Of a DNA stretch of 64,000 nt, positions 1 to 7,983 are shown piece by piece (position 1 is the first letter of the stretch; every line of letters begins with the position of its first letter). This stretch comes from a virus: positions 4,126 to 68,125 of the IMG/VR virus record IMGVR_UViG_3300047566_000267. The stretch is one strand, 5' to 3'. The position numbers were made by a program, and so were the translations under genes. The notes beneath the pieces were generated by a model. The model made no database searches, had not been told where the DNA came from, and was given only the letters and a program-made list of their open reading frames with translations.

Positions 1-168
1 AGCCATAGCTACTTCACCGAAGATTTCTGCAAGCAGAGAATCAACATTGCCACCGAAAGATACGTTAGACGTTTCTACATTTATTGTTAGTGTGTTTACT
101 TTAAACTCAACACCATTGTTCTGCTTGCCTATTTTCCTTAACTTATGCTGTCGAAACCAGTCAGCCCC
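1..168 (-). ncRNA. ssrA: tmRNA (5' part; runs off the window start)
   Basis: Minus strand begins GGGGCTGACTGGTTTCGACAG at 168, a typical tmRNA 5' end. After a pseudoknot-like segment and AATAAAT, an open tag frame (78..1) reads VETSNVSFGGNVDSLLAEIFGEVAMA..., ending like an ssrA tag. Confidence 0.85.
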
Positions 169-179
169 AAAAACTAATA

Positions 180-215
180 ACTTTAGTTAGGAACTGTTAC
201 ATCCCTAACTAAAGT
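180..215 (-). other. 12-bp hairpin just upstream of the tmRNA (terminator or processing stem)
   Basis: ACTTTAGTTAGG (180-191) pairs perfectly with CCTAACTAAAGT (204-215). Confidence 0.6.
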
Positions 216-224
216 GTAAAGGTA

Positions 225-443
225 TTACTTTTTGAGAAATTCTATTTCATCAGGTGCACCTGTGAGCTTTTTGTAAATTAATTGAGCTTTAGCTGCAGAT
301 ATAGCAGCACTATAAGCTTTGATAGAAAGATCACATACTTTGAGGTCCTTAGAATCTTCCCACTGTTTGTTAAGTGTATCCCCAACATTTGCCATTGTTT
401 TGATGACATCACTTATTACTGTTTCCTTTTTCTTTTTTTCCAT
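225..443 (-). CDS. hypothetical protein (72 aa)
   Basis: Clean ORF overlapping the end of the upstream Zn-finger ORF. Confidence 0.65.
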   Translation of the reverse strand: MEKKKKETVISDVIKTMANVGDTLNKQWEDSKDLKVCDLSIKAYSAAISAAKAQLIYKKLTGAPDEIEFLKK

Positions 444-1014
444 CTCTTTTGAGTTTTAGTTGTTTACGTTTAAGTTCTACAAGTTCTTGAGAAATATCTG
501 CATGTTTAATAGTATCATTGGTACCAACTATACATTGTTTTATATAACAAGTAGAAAGATTGGCAGTAATTTTTCTTTTATTCTCTTTTATTCTTTCTTG
601 ATTATTCTTTCTATAATTACGTGCATAACTTATACTTTTTGAAAGATAAGATTTTGATTTTTCAGGAAATCTTATTCTATAATCTTTAGAATATTTTATT
701 TTTTTATCTCTATTATTATTATAAGTTTTTTTCCTTTGTATTTTTGTTCTCACAGGATCAGCTTCTCTAAATCGTTTAGCTGTATCTGCTTTTCTTCTTT
801 TTCTTACTGGGTCTTCTTTATATTTCAAATAAGACTTTTTAGCTACTTCTTTCCGTATTTCAGGGTTTTTATTATTATATTGTTTTATTCGATTTTGATC
901 ACACTTTTTACAAACATGTTCCTTACCAAATCTACATGACCTATTTGATTTAAAGTCATTTAAACTTTTTTCTTTACCACATTTTTTACAAATTCTTGTT
1001 ATAGGTGCTTGCAT
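409..1014 (-). CDS. basic Zn-finger protein resembling the N-terminus of HNH/endonuclease VII homing endonucleases
   Basis: CKKC-x24-CKKC followed by K/R-rich helical repeats; no nuclease motif seen; ATG at 1014 preferred. Confidence 0.6.
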   Translation of the reverse strand: MQAPITRICKKCGKEKSLNDFKSNRSCRFGKEHVCKKCDQNRIKQYNNKNPEIRKEVAKKSYLKYKEDPVRKRRKADTAKRFREADPVRTKIQRKKTYNNNRDKKIKYSKDYRIRFPEKSKSYLSKSISYARNYRKNNQERIKENKRKITANLSTCYIKQCIVGTNDTIKHADISQELVELKRKQLKLKRDGKKEKGNSNK

Positions 1015-1047
1015 AAAAATATTTTTACGTGTTATAAAACAAAATGT

Positions 1048-1306
1048 CACCTACTGTGTAGGAAAATAGATAAGATCAAAATCAAAAGCAAAAACAAAGA
1101 CCTTCTCTGCTACAAAGGCAAAGTCAAAAACCAAGATTTATTCTATGGTTTTTAGTTTTGCAGAGAAGCGGTGTGTTTATCTATTTCTTTTGCTCTACCA
1201 CTGAGCCACCTTTACTAAGTAAAGGATGGGAGTCGAACCCATGACCCAAAGAACCGTTTAGATGTTATCTTATTATTTTTTTATAAAAAATCCTACACAG
1301 CAGGTG
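1048..1306 (-). ncRNA. structured ncRNA with a circularly permuted tRNA-like domain (YrlA/Y RNA-like)
   Basis: 16-bp closing stem (1048-1063/1291-1306, one G-U pair on the minus strand). T arm ATGGG-TTCGACT-CCCAT, 7-bp acceptor stem closed by a TTA loop, D arm GCTC-AGTGGTA-GAGC (1185-1253). Confidence 0.85.
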
Positions 1307-1310
1307 TGAA

Positions 1311-1346
1311 GGTATAAGGGGATCAGCTTGTGCTTACCCTTATACC
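1311..1346 (-). other. 10-bp hairpin between the 312-aa ORF and the ncRNA
   Basis: GGTATAAGGG / CCCTTATACC. Confidence 0.55.
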
Positions 1347-1358
1347 ACCATTTCATTA

Positions 1359-2297
1359 TTACTTAGTACCTTCTTCTTCTTTTTCCTTCGGCATCAACTC
1401 ATCAACCACACTCTGGAATCTCTTATCCACCTGGATACGTAACTCAGAGATTCCTTTGATTGTGGTTAACTTAGCAGCTTCAAAAACATCAATCTCTATC
1501 TTGACAGCATCCCTGTACTTTTGAAGTTCTTTAGAATGCTCATCCATGATCTTATGGTTCTCTGTATACACCTTTCCAGACTCAACAGAGTTGTCTCTGT
1601 TGATTTCTGCATTCTTTGCAGTTACCAGGTTCTTTACTTTGGCCTTGTAATAATTGACCTTCTGCTCATGTACCCGGTGGATATTAGCCAAATCCTGATG
1701 AATATTCCACAAATCCATTTCTGTATGGTGAGCAGATATTGTTACAGGATATGCTTTACCTTCATGGCCCGGAGCTACAAACCATTCTACCGGCTCTAAA
1801 AGAGGCAATTCTTTCCTCAGCTTATCTAAGGTACCACCTTTATGGATAAACTGGCCTATTACAGCTGCCATGGCCTCAGCTTCCCAGTATTCAGCCATTT
1901 CAGCTGCTGTAAGCTGATCCCAACCCCATTGGTCATTTACCAGAGGAATTTCTTTGTACTGAATAAGAGCTGCTCTTTCAGGTTCTTTGGCTACAAATTC
2001 TGTAAGCCTTAGAGTTTTGGCACCTGTGAGCAATGCATCCTTAGCTTTTATCTGCTCCATAAGGAATGCCTGGCATGCCCGGTACTCACCAATAAGTTTG
2101 AGCTGATCTTCCAAAGTAGTAGGAATTTTTACTCCCACCTGCTTGGTAATTTCATTACCACCAAAGTCTAAAGTCTTTGAGCAGTTATTGATTTTTGACA
2201 AAGCAACCATCATTTCATTGGCTGCTTGGTTGCACAAATTACTAATTGTTTGTGCCTGGGTCATTGATAGACCGTTCTTTGCGAGTGAATGTTTCAT
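1359..2297 (-). CDS. coiled-coil/helical hypothetical protein (312 aa) directly upstream of the tRNA-like ncRNA
   Basis: Long ORF with normal composition and extended helical character. Confidence 0.85.
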   Translation of the reverse strand: MKHSLAKNGLSMTQAQTISNLCNQAANEMMVALSKINNCSKTLDFGGNEITKQVGVKIPTTLEDQLKLIGEYRACQAFLMEQIKAKDALLTGAKTLRLTEFVAKEPERAALIQYKEIPLVNDQWGWDQLTAAEMAEYWEAEAMAAVIGQFIHKGGTLDKLRKELPLLEPVEWFVAPGHEGKAYPVTISAHHTEMDLWNIHQDLANIHRVHEQKVNYYKAKVKNLVTAKNAEINRDNSVESGKVYTENHKIMDEHSKELQKYRDAVKIEIDVFEAAKLTTIKGISELRIQVDKRFQSVVDELMPKEKEEEGTK

Positions 2298-2486
2298 AAA
2301 TTACGTACTTGAGTGTTTTTATTTTAAAAAATTGGTATACGAGTACAAATAACATCATCAAGAATACCATTGGCTCAATGATGACAAAGATCCAGATATT
2401 GATTTCTTCGTAAGACATGTGTACTAACTTGCTCCAGTGTTGGAGCAAGTGTACACAATAATGGAATGAACTATTGTAAGTCATTC

Positions 2487-2699
2487 TTATTTTTTTGTAA
2501 GTTCCTCTTCTTGTGGTTTCATCCCGATGTACAGACAAACAAGAAGTTGAATTGTCCATACTATCCAGCATATTGTAAGGATGCTATCCTGTGTTTCTGT
2601 AAGTTTTACCGGCAAAAATCCACTGAAGTCTACCAATAAAATGAAACTGATGGTTGATAATACAAACCACCAGTTCCAATTGTATTGACTTACTCGCAT
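2487..2699 (-). CDS. small membrane protein
   Basis: Two hydrophobic segments; overlaps neighbouring ORFs in an operon-like run. Confidence 0.5.
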   Translation of the reverse strand: MRVSQYNWNWWFVLSTISFILLVDFSGFLPVKLTETQDSILTICWIVWTIQLLVCLYIGMKPQEEELTKK

Positions 2700-3040
2700 G
2701 GGTGAAAACTCTTTAAAAAGAAGTAATGCGAAGCATTACATGCATACAGAAAAGACACAATTGGATTACCTGTGTCTTTCAATGCTTCTTTAGTAAAGTA
2801 AGAGGCAAAACACCTTGCTGCATATTTGATTCTTTTGTAACTGATCCTGAGACTAATCACATCAAAATACATAAAGTTTATTAGTGCAATGCCGGTAGTG
2901 AATAATCCACAGAAGTAAAACAAAAAATGTTTATCTATTATTATAGTAGGATTATGCACTAGGTAATAAGCATCCCAGTCAAGTATTATGACAAGTACTA
3001 AGCATAGTAGTACTATTGCATCTGTAGTTTTCTTTTTCAT
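2690..3040 (-). CDS. membrane protein, hypothetical
   Basis: Two N-terminal hydrophobic helices. Confidence 0.55.
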   Translation of the reverse strand: MKKKTTDAIVLLCLVLVIILDWDAYYLVHNPTIIIDKHFLFYFCGLFTTGIALINFMYFDVISLRISYKRIKYAARCFASYFTKEALKDTGNPIVSFLYACNASHYFFLKSFHPCE

Positions 3041-3222
3041 GCTGGCTCCAGTTCATCTACAAAAGTAGTGTTAACAATAATAGCATTTGGAAAATACATT
3101 TCCATATCTGCCCATGTACCGGTAAATTCTTTGATGATGGCATTCTTAGCTCTTTTCATCTTGAATACGAATTTGAGTATTTCTTTTTCCACGTTTTTTT
3201 AGTTTTTGATTGTTAATAATAA

Positions 3223-3489
3223 TTATTTTTTTACTACACCATCATTCCAAAATCCTAAGTATACCTGCCCACCTCTTCTGTCTTCATTATAGGCAAGCAT
3301 TACATCATAGTACTGATTGTCACATGAATAACTAATAAGCTCTATATATTTAAAATCTGATGGTTTTGCACATTCTTTTAAACACAATTCACCTTTTACA
3401 TCTCCATTTATAAAATATACAAATTTAATGGACTTTCCTCTGTTTTTTGTTTTAGTTTTTATACTTATCTCTATGCAATGAGTAGTCAT
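3223..3489 (-). CDS. hypothetical protein
   Basis: ATG ORF with A-rich leader. Confidence 0.6.
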   Translation of the reverse strand: MTTHCIEISIKTKTKNRGKSIKFVYFINGDVKGELCLKECAKPSDFKYIELISYSCDNQYYDVMLAYNEDRRGGQVYLGFWNDGVVKK

Positions 3490-3506
3490 AAAATTGCTTT
3501 TAATGG

Positions 3507-3689
3507 TTAAAAAGGAAGTTTCATATCTTCACCATCCATCATATCCCATTCAGGTATACCTGCAGATAAAGATAGTATTTCTTGTTTGAGTTGCTCAAGT
3601 TCTTGTTGTTGTTTGAGCAGTTCTTGGACTTCTTGATTCATTTCCATCCACATATTATTTGTTTGTAAGTTTAAGAAGAGGTATTTCAC
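3507..3689 (-). CDS. small acidic hypothetical protein
   Basis: ORF ending in ...KLPF, an SSB-like acidic tail. Confidence 0.45.
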   Translation of the reverse strand: MKYLFLNLQTNNMWMEMNQEVQELLKQQQELEQLKQEILSLSAGIPEWDMMDGEDMKLPF

Positions 3690-3996
3690 CTATGTATTTA
3701 GGATACTTGTTCAGGTGAGCTTTTATGCCTTCTTGGTTAAGAGGCTCTGCATCTATCCACCAAGTACATAAAATGTCTGTTGTTATACTATAAGGGAGTT
3801 TACTTTTTTCTTTTTCGGTTAATGAAGAGCAGTTTGGGCTTTCTACTATCCAATACAACTCATCTGGTTCATTATCTTCATCACTTTCATCTACTTGTTG
3901 TTTAGCAAATCCAACCATCATTTGACCAAAACCATTAAAGGCTATTACTAATTGTCCTTCTTTTGGTGGATTAGTTTCCGCATCATTCCAGTTCAT
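3655..3996 (-). CDS. DUF551-like phage protein
   Basis: N-terminal W-x6-PP-x4-V pattern and a C-terminal xWW motif. Confidence 0.5.
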   Translation of the reverse strand: MNWNDAETNPPKEGQLVIAFNGFGQMMVGFAKQQVDESDEDNEPDELYWIVESPNCSSLTEKEKSKLPYSITTDILCTWWIDAEPLNQEGIKAHLNKYPKYIGEIPLLKLTNK

Positions 3997-4022
3997 ATAT
4001 CAGTTTTTAGTTGTTAGATAAT

Positions 4023-4070
4023 AAAAAGAAGAGAGAGAAGGGAAAGATATTATCTTCCCCCTCCCCTTCT
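4023..4070 (-). terminator. rho-independent terminator
   Basis: Purine/pyrimidine stem followed by TCTTCTTTTT on the minus strand after ORF 4096-4383. Confidence 0.55.
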
Positions 4071-4095
4071 TTATTGCTCACCTCAAAAACAGAGC

Positions 4096-4383
4096 TTAAT
4101 TATTTTGTACCTGTCTTGCTGTTAAAGCTGCCATTGCTTTATCATAAGAAGCCATTAGCTCATTTACCATAAAGCCGGCAGCAAACATTTCTTTCAGGGT
4201 TATACCTGGGGTTTCTTCCATCTTTTTGAGTAGTTCTTCTATGAAGTCACCACCATTTACATAGTCATGCCCATTTACTACTTTACTAGCAGGTGCAGAG
4301 ACCATTGCTTGTATTATTGTTGCCACCATTTGGGTATACCTGGTTTTATCCATGCCAAATAATGTTTCTAAATCATGTTTCAT
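4096..4383 (-). CDS. hypothetical protein
   Basis: ATG ORF with AT-rich leader and a downstream terminator. Confidence 0.7.
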   Translation of the reverse strand: MKHDLETLFGMDKTRYTQMVATIIQAMVSAPASKVVNGHDYVNGGDFIEELLKKMEETPGITLKEMFAAGFMVNELMASYDKAMAALTARQVQNN

Positions 4384-4720
4384 TTTAAATATTGTTTTTT
4401 TGAGAATGAGTGAGAATAAAAAACAACCACCTAGCTTTTTTATCAGTGGTTAATGAAGCAGGCTACAAACTGCTCTTCGATCATCCTTAGCTTCCTATCT
4501 ATGATCCTATATCTCCTGTGCCGGCATATTATCCGGTGCAGGTGAAGACTTATTTTGCTCCACTTTCTTCCCGACTTTACGGGTGTACTAATACCTCTGG
4601 AGCTCCGTAAGGTAAAAGTACAGCATGTTGTCTACCTTAAACCACATTGGATTATAACTCCGGCCCCTGCTATAAAGAGAGGCAGTCTAAAGTAAACAAT
4701 ATATTTAACCCAACAAGCTT

Positions 4721-5002
4721 TTACCTGTTGTGCACTCTTTTAGTTTTGTATTGTTTATGCCAGTTATGTAGATTATCTTTTTCTTCTTCCACCTCAAGAA
4801 CTCTCCGAAGAACTTGTTTAACACAAAAGGCATGATATGTCTTCATAACCTCTGCACCTGATTCATTATAAACCCTAAACACTCCCCGAACATTATCATC
4901 CACCTCATCCCAGTTAACAGAAAAGATAGACTGCCCCACTCCTTCTACTATTTCTCCCCCTACACCTAAACAATCAAAAGATACAGTAATAACCATAACC
5001 AA
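4721..5002 (-). CDS. hypothetical protein
   Basis: 93-aa ORF on the locally coding strand; start uncertain. Confidence 0.45.
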   Translation of the reverse strand: MVMVITVSFDCLGVGGEIVEGVGQSIFSVNWDEVDDNVRGVFRVYNESGAEVMKTYHAFCVKQVLRRVLEVEEEKDNLHNWHKQYKTKRVHNR

Positions 5003-5524
5003 TCACAGCCACTCATAGTAGGCACACCCTGTTAAGAAAGAAGAGTAATAATAAAAATGAGGAGAGACTTTTCTTCGGTGCTCTCCTCTATTCAACCTGC
5101 TGGTTAGGCTTTACTTTTGGCTCTTATATCCCAAAACCTATAAGGGAACGGCACATATCTGTGTTTGCATAAGAAGGTTGTTATCTACAGTCAACTACCT
5201 ACAAAACTCTGGCACAGGTGATATTGGAAAATGATGCTGCTCTGGCACCAACTCCTCAGGTTTGTCCTTCACCATAATAATTCACTCACCTGGACTACAG
5301 AGAGAATAGTAACTTTATAAAGAATAATACCAAAAGGCACATCCTTACACCGACTACAACGGCTATCTTTCTTTAAAGTTACTAAGAAAGAAAGAATAGT
5401 GTAAGCTATAGACTTTATTTGGTCCTCATATGATGGAAAAAAGAGCATTTTTGAGTGTAGGAAAATGGTGTTTAAGCAGTCTAATCGGGTAGAGTGCCCT
5501 ATATTTCACCTGTTTCACACACAA

Positions 5525-5540
5525 TGTTCCACGTGGAACC
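5525..5540. promoter_or_regulatory. parS-like site
   Basis: TGTTCCACGTGGAACC, 15/16 match to the parS palindrome TGTTCCACGTGGAACA; half-site TGTTTCAC at 5511-5518. Confidence 0.65.
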
Positions 5541-5681
5541 TATAAAATGCTATTCAAAAACAGTTATACATAACAACAATCTGTATAAGAGCAAAATCCT
5601 TGATAAAACCCCGGGAATTTTTTGTCTTTATTATACAGATAAACTATATGACAATGTATAACTGAGTATGAATGTTGATCC

Positions 5682-5754
5682 ATAATTAATTCTATTAGTA
5701 TACACACGGCTAGAGATTAATACATTACATGTTAATAATTAATTCTATTGGTAT
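5682..5754. repeat. 20-bp direct repeat pair in an AT-rich intergenic region
   Basis: ATAATTAATTCTATTAGTAT (5682-5701) and ATAATTAATTCTATTGGTAT (5735-5754). Confidence 0.7.
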
Positions 5755-5843
5755 GTATTACCTAAAGAAACATTAAGGGAAAGGCAATACACAATACAGA
5801 GCACATGTATTGGATAACATGTGCTCTGCTGTGTAAGTGTTTA

Positions 5844-6536
5844 CTACTTTTTGGTAGTAGCTGTTCTGTTTGCTGCACTTTTGAGTGCTGTACTCTGAGT
5901 TTTTGGGCTGTTGAGTTCCAACCATGCGGCAGATGCAAACTTGCTGATCTCTGCTGTATTGGTGTGTTGAATACGGACATTCACAGCACCTGGCTCAGCA
6001 ATACGTATCCTGCGGAATATTGGTGCAGGTGTATCATATACCACACCATTGTACTCACCTGTGAATGTACAAGGGATGTTGCTGTTACCTGAGAACTTTT
6101 GCTGATACCCACCCTTAAGATTACCACCAAGTGTTGTACCTGGGTGCTCTACAGTTTCCTCAATAATGAGTACCATATCAGGTAATGCAGAGCCAATGGT
6201 CATGTCATGTGCTTCAAGTAACAACTCAAGCTTGGTGTCGGCATTAAACACATTGGTCTTCAGTACCTTGATTTCAGGTGTACCATTACTGCTGATTGCA
6301 GTATACGGCATGCCAAAACGTACATACATGAGATTGTCTTTCTTGGTTGGCCTTATGCCATTACTCTCAATGGGCACCCACTGTCCATTGGTATCTTCTT
6401 CAAATTGTGGCAATAATATTACTGGTTTAGCCTTAAGGCCACCATTGAGTTTTGCCTGTTTGAGGGCATACATGTCAATTGCAAAATTGAGTGCTGTCCT
6501 CTGTTCTTCTGTTAAAGCATTTGTGTTTGTGCTCAT
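5844..6536 (-). CDS. hypothetical protein (230 aa)
   Basis: Long ORF with natural composition. Confidence 0.8.
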   Translation of the reverse strand: MSTNTNALTEEQRTALNFAIDMYALKQAKLNGGLKAKPVILLPQFEEDTNGQWVPIESNGIRPTKKDNLMYVRFGMPYTAISSNGTPEIKVLKTNVFNADTKLELLLEAHDMTIGSALPDMVLIIEETVEHPGTTLGGNLKGGYQQKFSGNSNIPCTFTGEYNGVVYDTPAPIFRRIRIAEPGAVNVRIQHTNTAEISKFASAAWLELNSPKTQSTALKSAANRTATTKK

Positions 6537-6638
6537 ACCTGTTTGTTTTTAATTGAATTGTTATATAATTGGATTTAGAAAATACTTGTTAAGGATAATA
6601 ATATTAATACTATTTATGGGCAAACAACTTACTACCCT

Positions 6639-6848
6639 TTACAGGGCAGCAAGCTGCTGGTTTATTTTGAAAATACGTTCAGCTCTCCATGGCTCAGGTT
6701 CTGTGTTGACAGGCATCCCTAAGTAGAGGCTACGAAGCTCACTCTGTAAGTAAACCTCATTTACTTGTTTACGGAAAGTTACAAACTCATCTTGTGGCAG
6801 GAATTTCTCGGCATTTGCAACAAGTGTTTTTAAAACAATAATGTTCAT
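6639..6848 (-). CDS. hypothetical protein
   Basis: ORF; ATG at 6848 (MNIIVLK...) preferred. Confidence 0.55.
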   Translation of the reverse strand: MNIIVLKTLVANAEKFLPQDEFVTFRKQVNEVYLQSELRSLYLGMPVNTEPEPWRAERIFKINQQLAAL

Positions 6849-7158
6849 AAAATTTGATTTATTATTTGAGTAAATGGTTTTGAGTGCCACGGGGGGTATC
6901 CCCGCAGCTCACGATAGGCCCCTGTGCTGATGAGGGTAGACCATATCATACTCTCATAAACCACTTACTATTAGGTATAGACCACCATTTACTCTAATAT
7001 AGGCCACACCACCTCCTAACATATAACATGCCAATTTTAGCTACAAAATTTTTTGCTGAAAATTTTTTTGGAAAAAAATTTTTTATACCTTTGGGGTATT
7101 CTTTCCTCTTTTTTTCTTTTCTACTGTAATTGCTTTTTCTTTTTAAGAAGCCCGGTGT

Positions 7159-7881
7159 TTACCGGGTTTTTTTATTAATGTTATAGGAAGCCAGCAGGTG
7201 GGAGATTTCTTTGGGTAGGTGGTAGTAATGCTTTCTATTATACCTGGTTAGGGGGATGTTGTGCTGTTGGCAGAATTCATTTTTGAGGGTGTCCCTTCTT
7301 CTTTGCTCATCTGTACTATGGGAGGCCCGACCATCATACTCAATCAGATGAATGCCTTTGGGAGTTATTAGTAGGAAGTCATACCTGGCATATCCCTTAC
7401 CATCTATACGTAACCCCTCAAATGCAACCTCCCTGTACCAGTCTACTCTATACCTGTCTAGTTCAACAGCTATAATTTTTTCAGCCTCACTGATCTGCTC
7501 CTGAGCCTTTTTTACAACAAACCAGTCTATGGGATTTTTTGGTTTGGCAGGTCTTCTGGCTTTGGCTGGCTTATTACCCCCGGCAGCCGGCTTTAAGGAA
7601 GTGGCCCTGGTAATTTCCCTGGCTACCCTCTCCGGCATAAATGGATTATTTTTCTTACCCCTGGTATTCAATACACCTGCCGGTACAGAACCTTGTGGCT
7701 TTGTAATAAGAGCAGTAGAAGCTGGGGAAGAAGGGAAAGGTGGGATAGAAGGAGGTGAAGATGGTACAGAACCTGATCTGTAAGCACTGGCCTTTGACAC
7801 ATACTTGCTGTTGTCATCACAGGTGCCCAGCTTGTAAAGAATAAATAAACAGATCAGTAATGCTATTATGTATAAAGCCAT
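7159..7881 (-). CDS. membrane-anchored DUF559/DUF2726 (Vsr-like) nuclease-fold protein
   Basis: N-terminal TM helix, Pro/Ser linker, C-terminal YDF...IEYDGxxH...RDxxKNxFC...IPLxR. Confidence 0.7.
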   Translation of the reverse strand: MALYIIALLICLFILYKLGTCDDNSKYVSKASAYRSGSVPSSPPSIPPFPSSPASTALITKPQGSVPAGVLNTRGKKNNPFMPERVAREITRATSLKPAAGGNKPAKARRPAKPKNPIDWFVVKKAQEQISEAEKIIAVELDRYRVDWYREVAFEGLRIDGKGYARYDFLLITPKGIHLIEYDGRASHSTDEQRRRDTLKNEFCQQHNIPLTRYNRKHYYHLPKEISHLLASYNINKKTR

Positions 7882-7903
7882 AAAAATATTTTTTACAAAA
7901 GTA

Positions 7904-7932
7904 TTGCTTTTTCAAAAATAGTTATACCTTTA
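7904..7932 (+). promoter_or_regulatory. candidate Bacteroidota-type promoter for the rightward arm
   Basis: TTG-N18-TACCTTTA, one mismatch to TAnnTTTG, at the strand switch. Confidence 0.4.
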
Positions 7933-7983
7933 CACAAGAGATGTTTTTTACACATTAAAAGTTCATACACAAAATAAGTTTAT

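Noticed and set aside
1072-1131. DGR template repeat or CRISPR mini-array
   Set aside because: Units are only 6 nt with no spacers; no reverse transcriptase and no matching variable repeat seen.
1185-1253. Canonical or splice-permuted tRNA gene
   Set aside because: Halves are in reverse order, the acceptor is closed by a 3-nt loop with no CCA, and no anticodon loop with U33 can be formed. Treated as a tRNA mimic instead.
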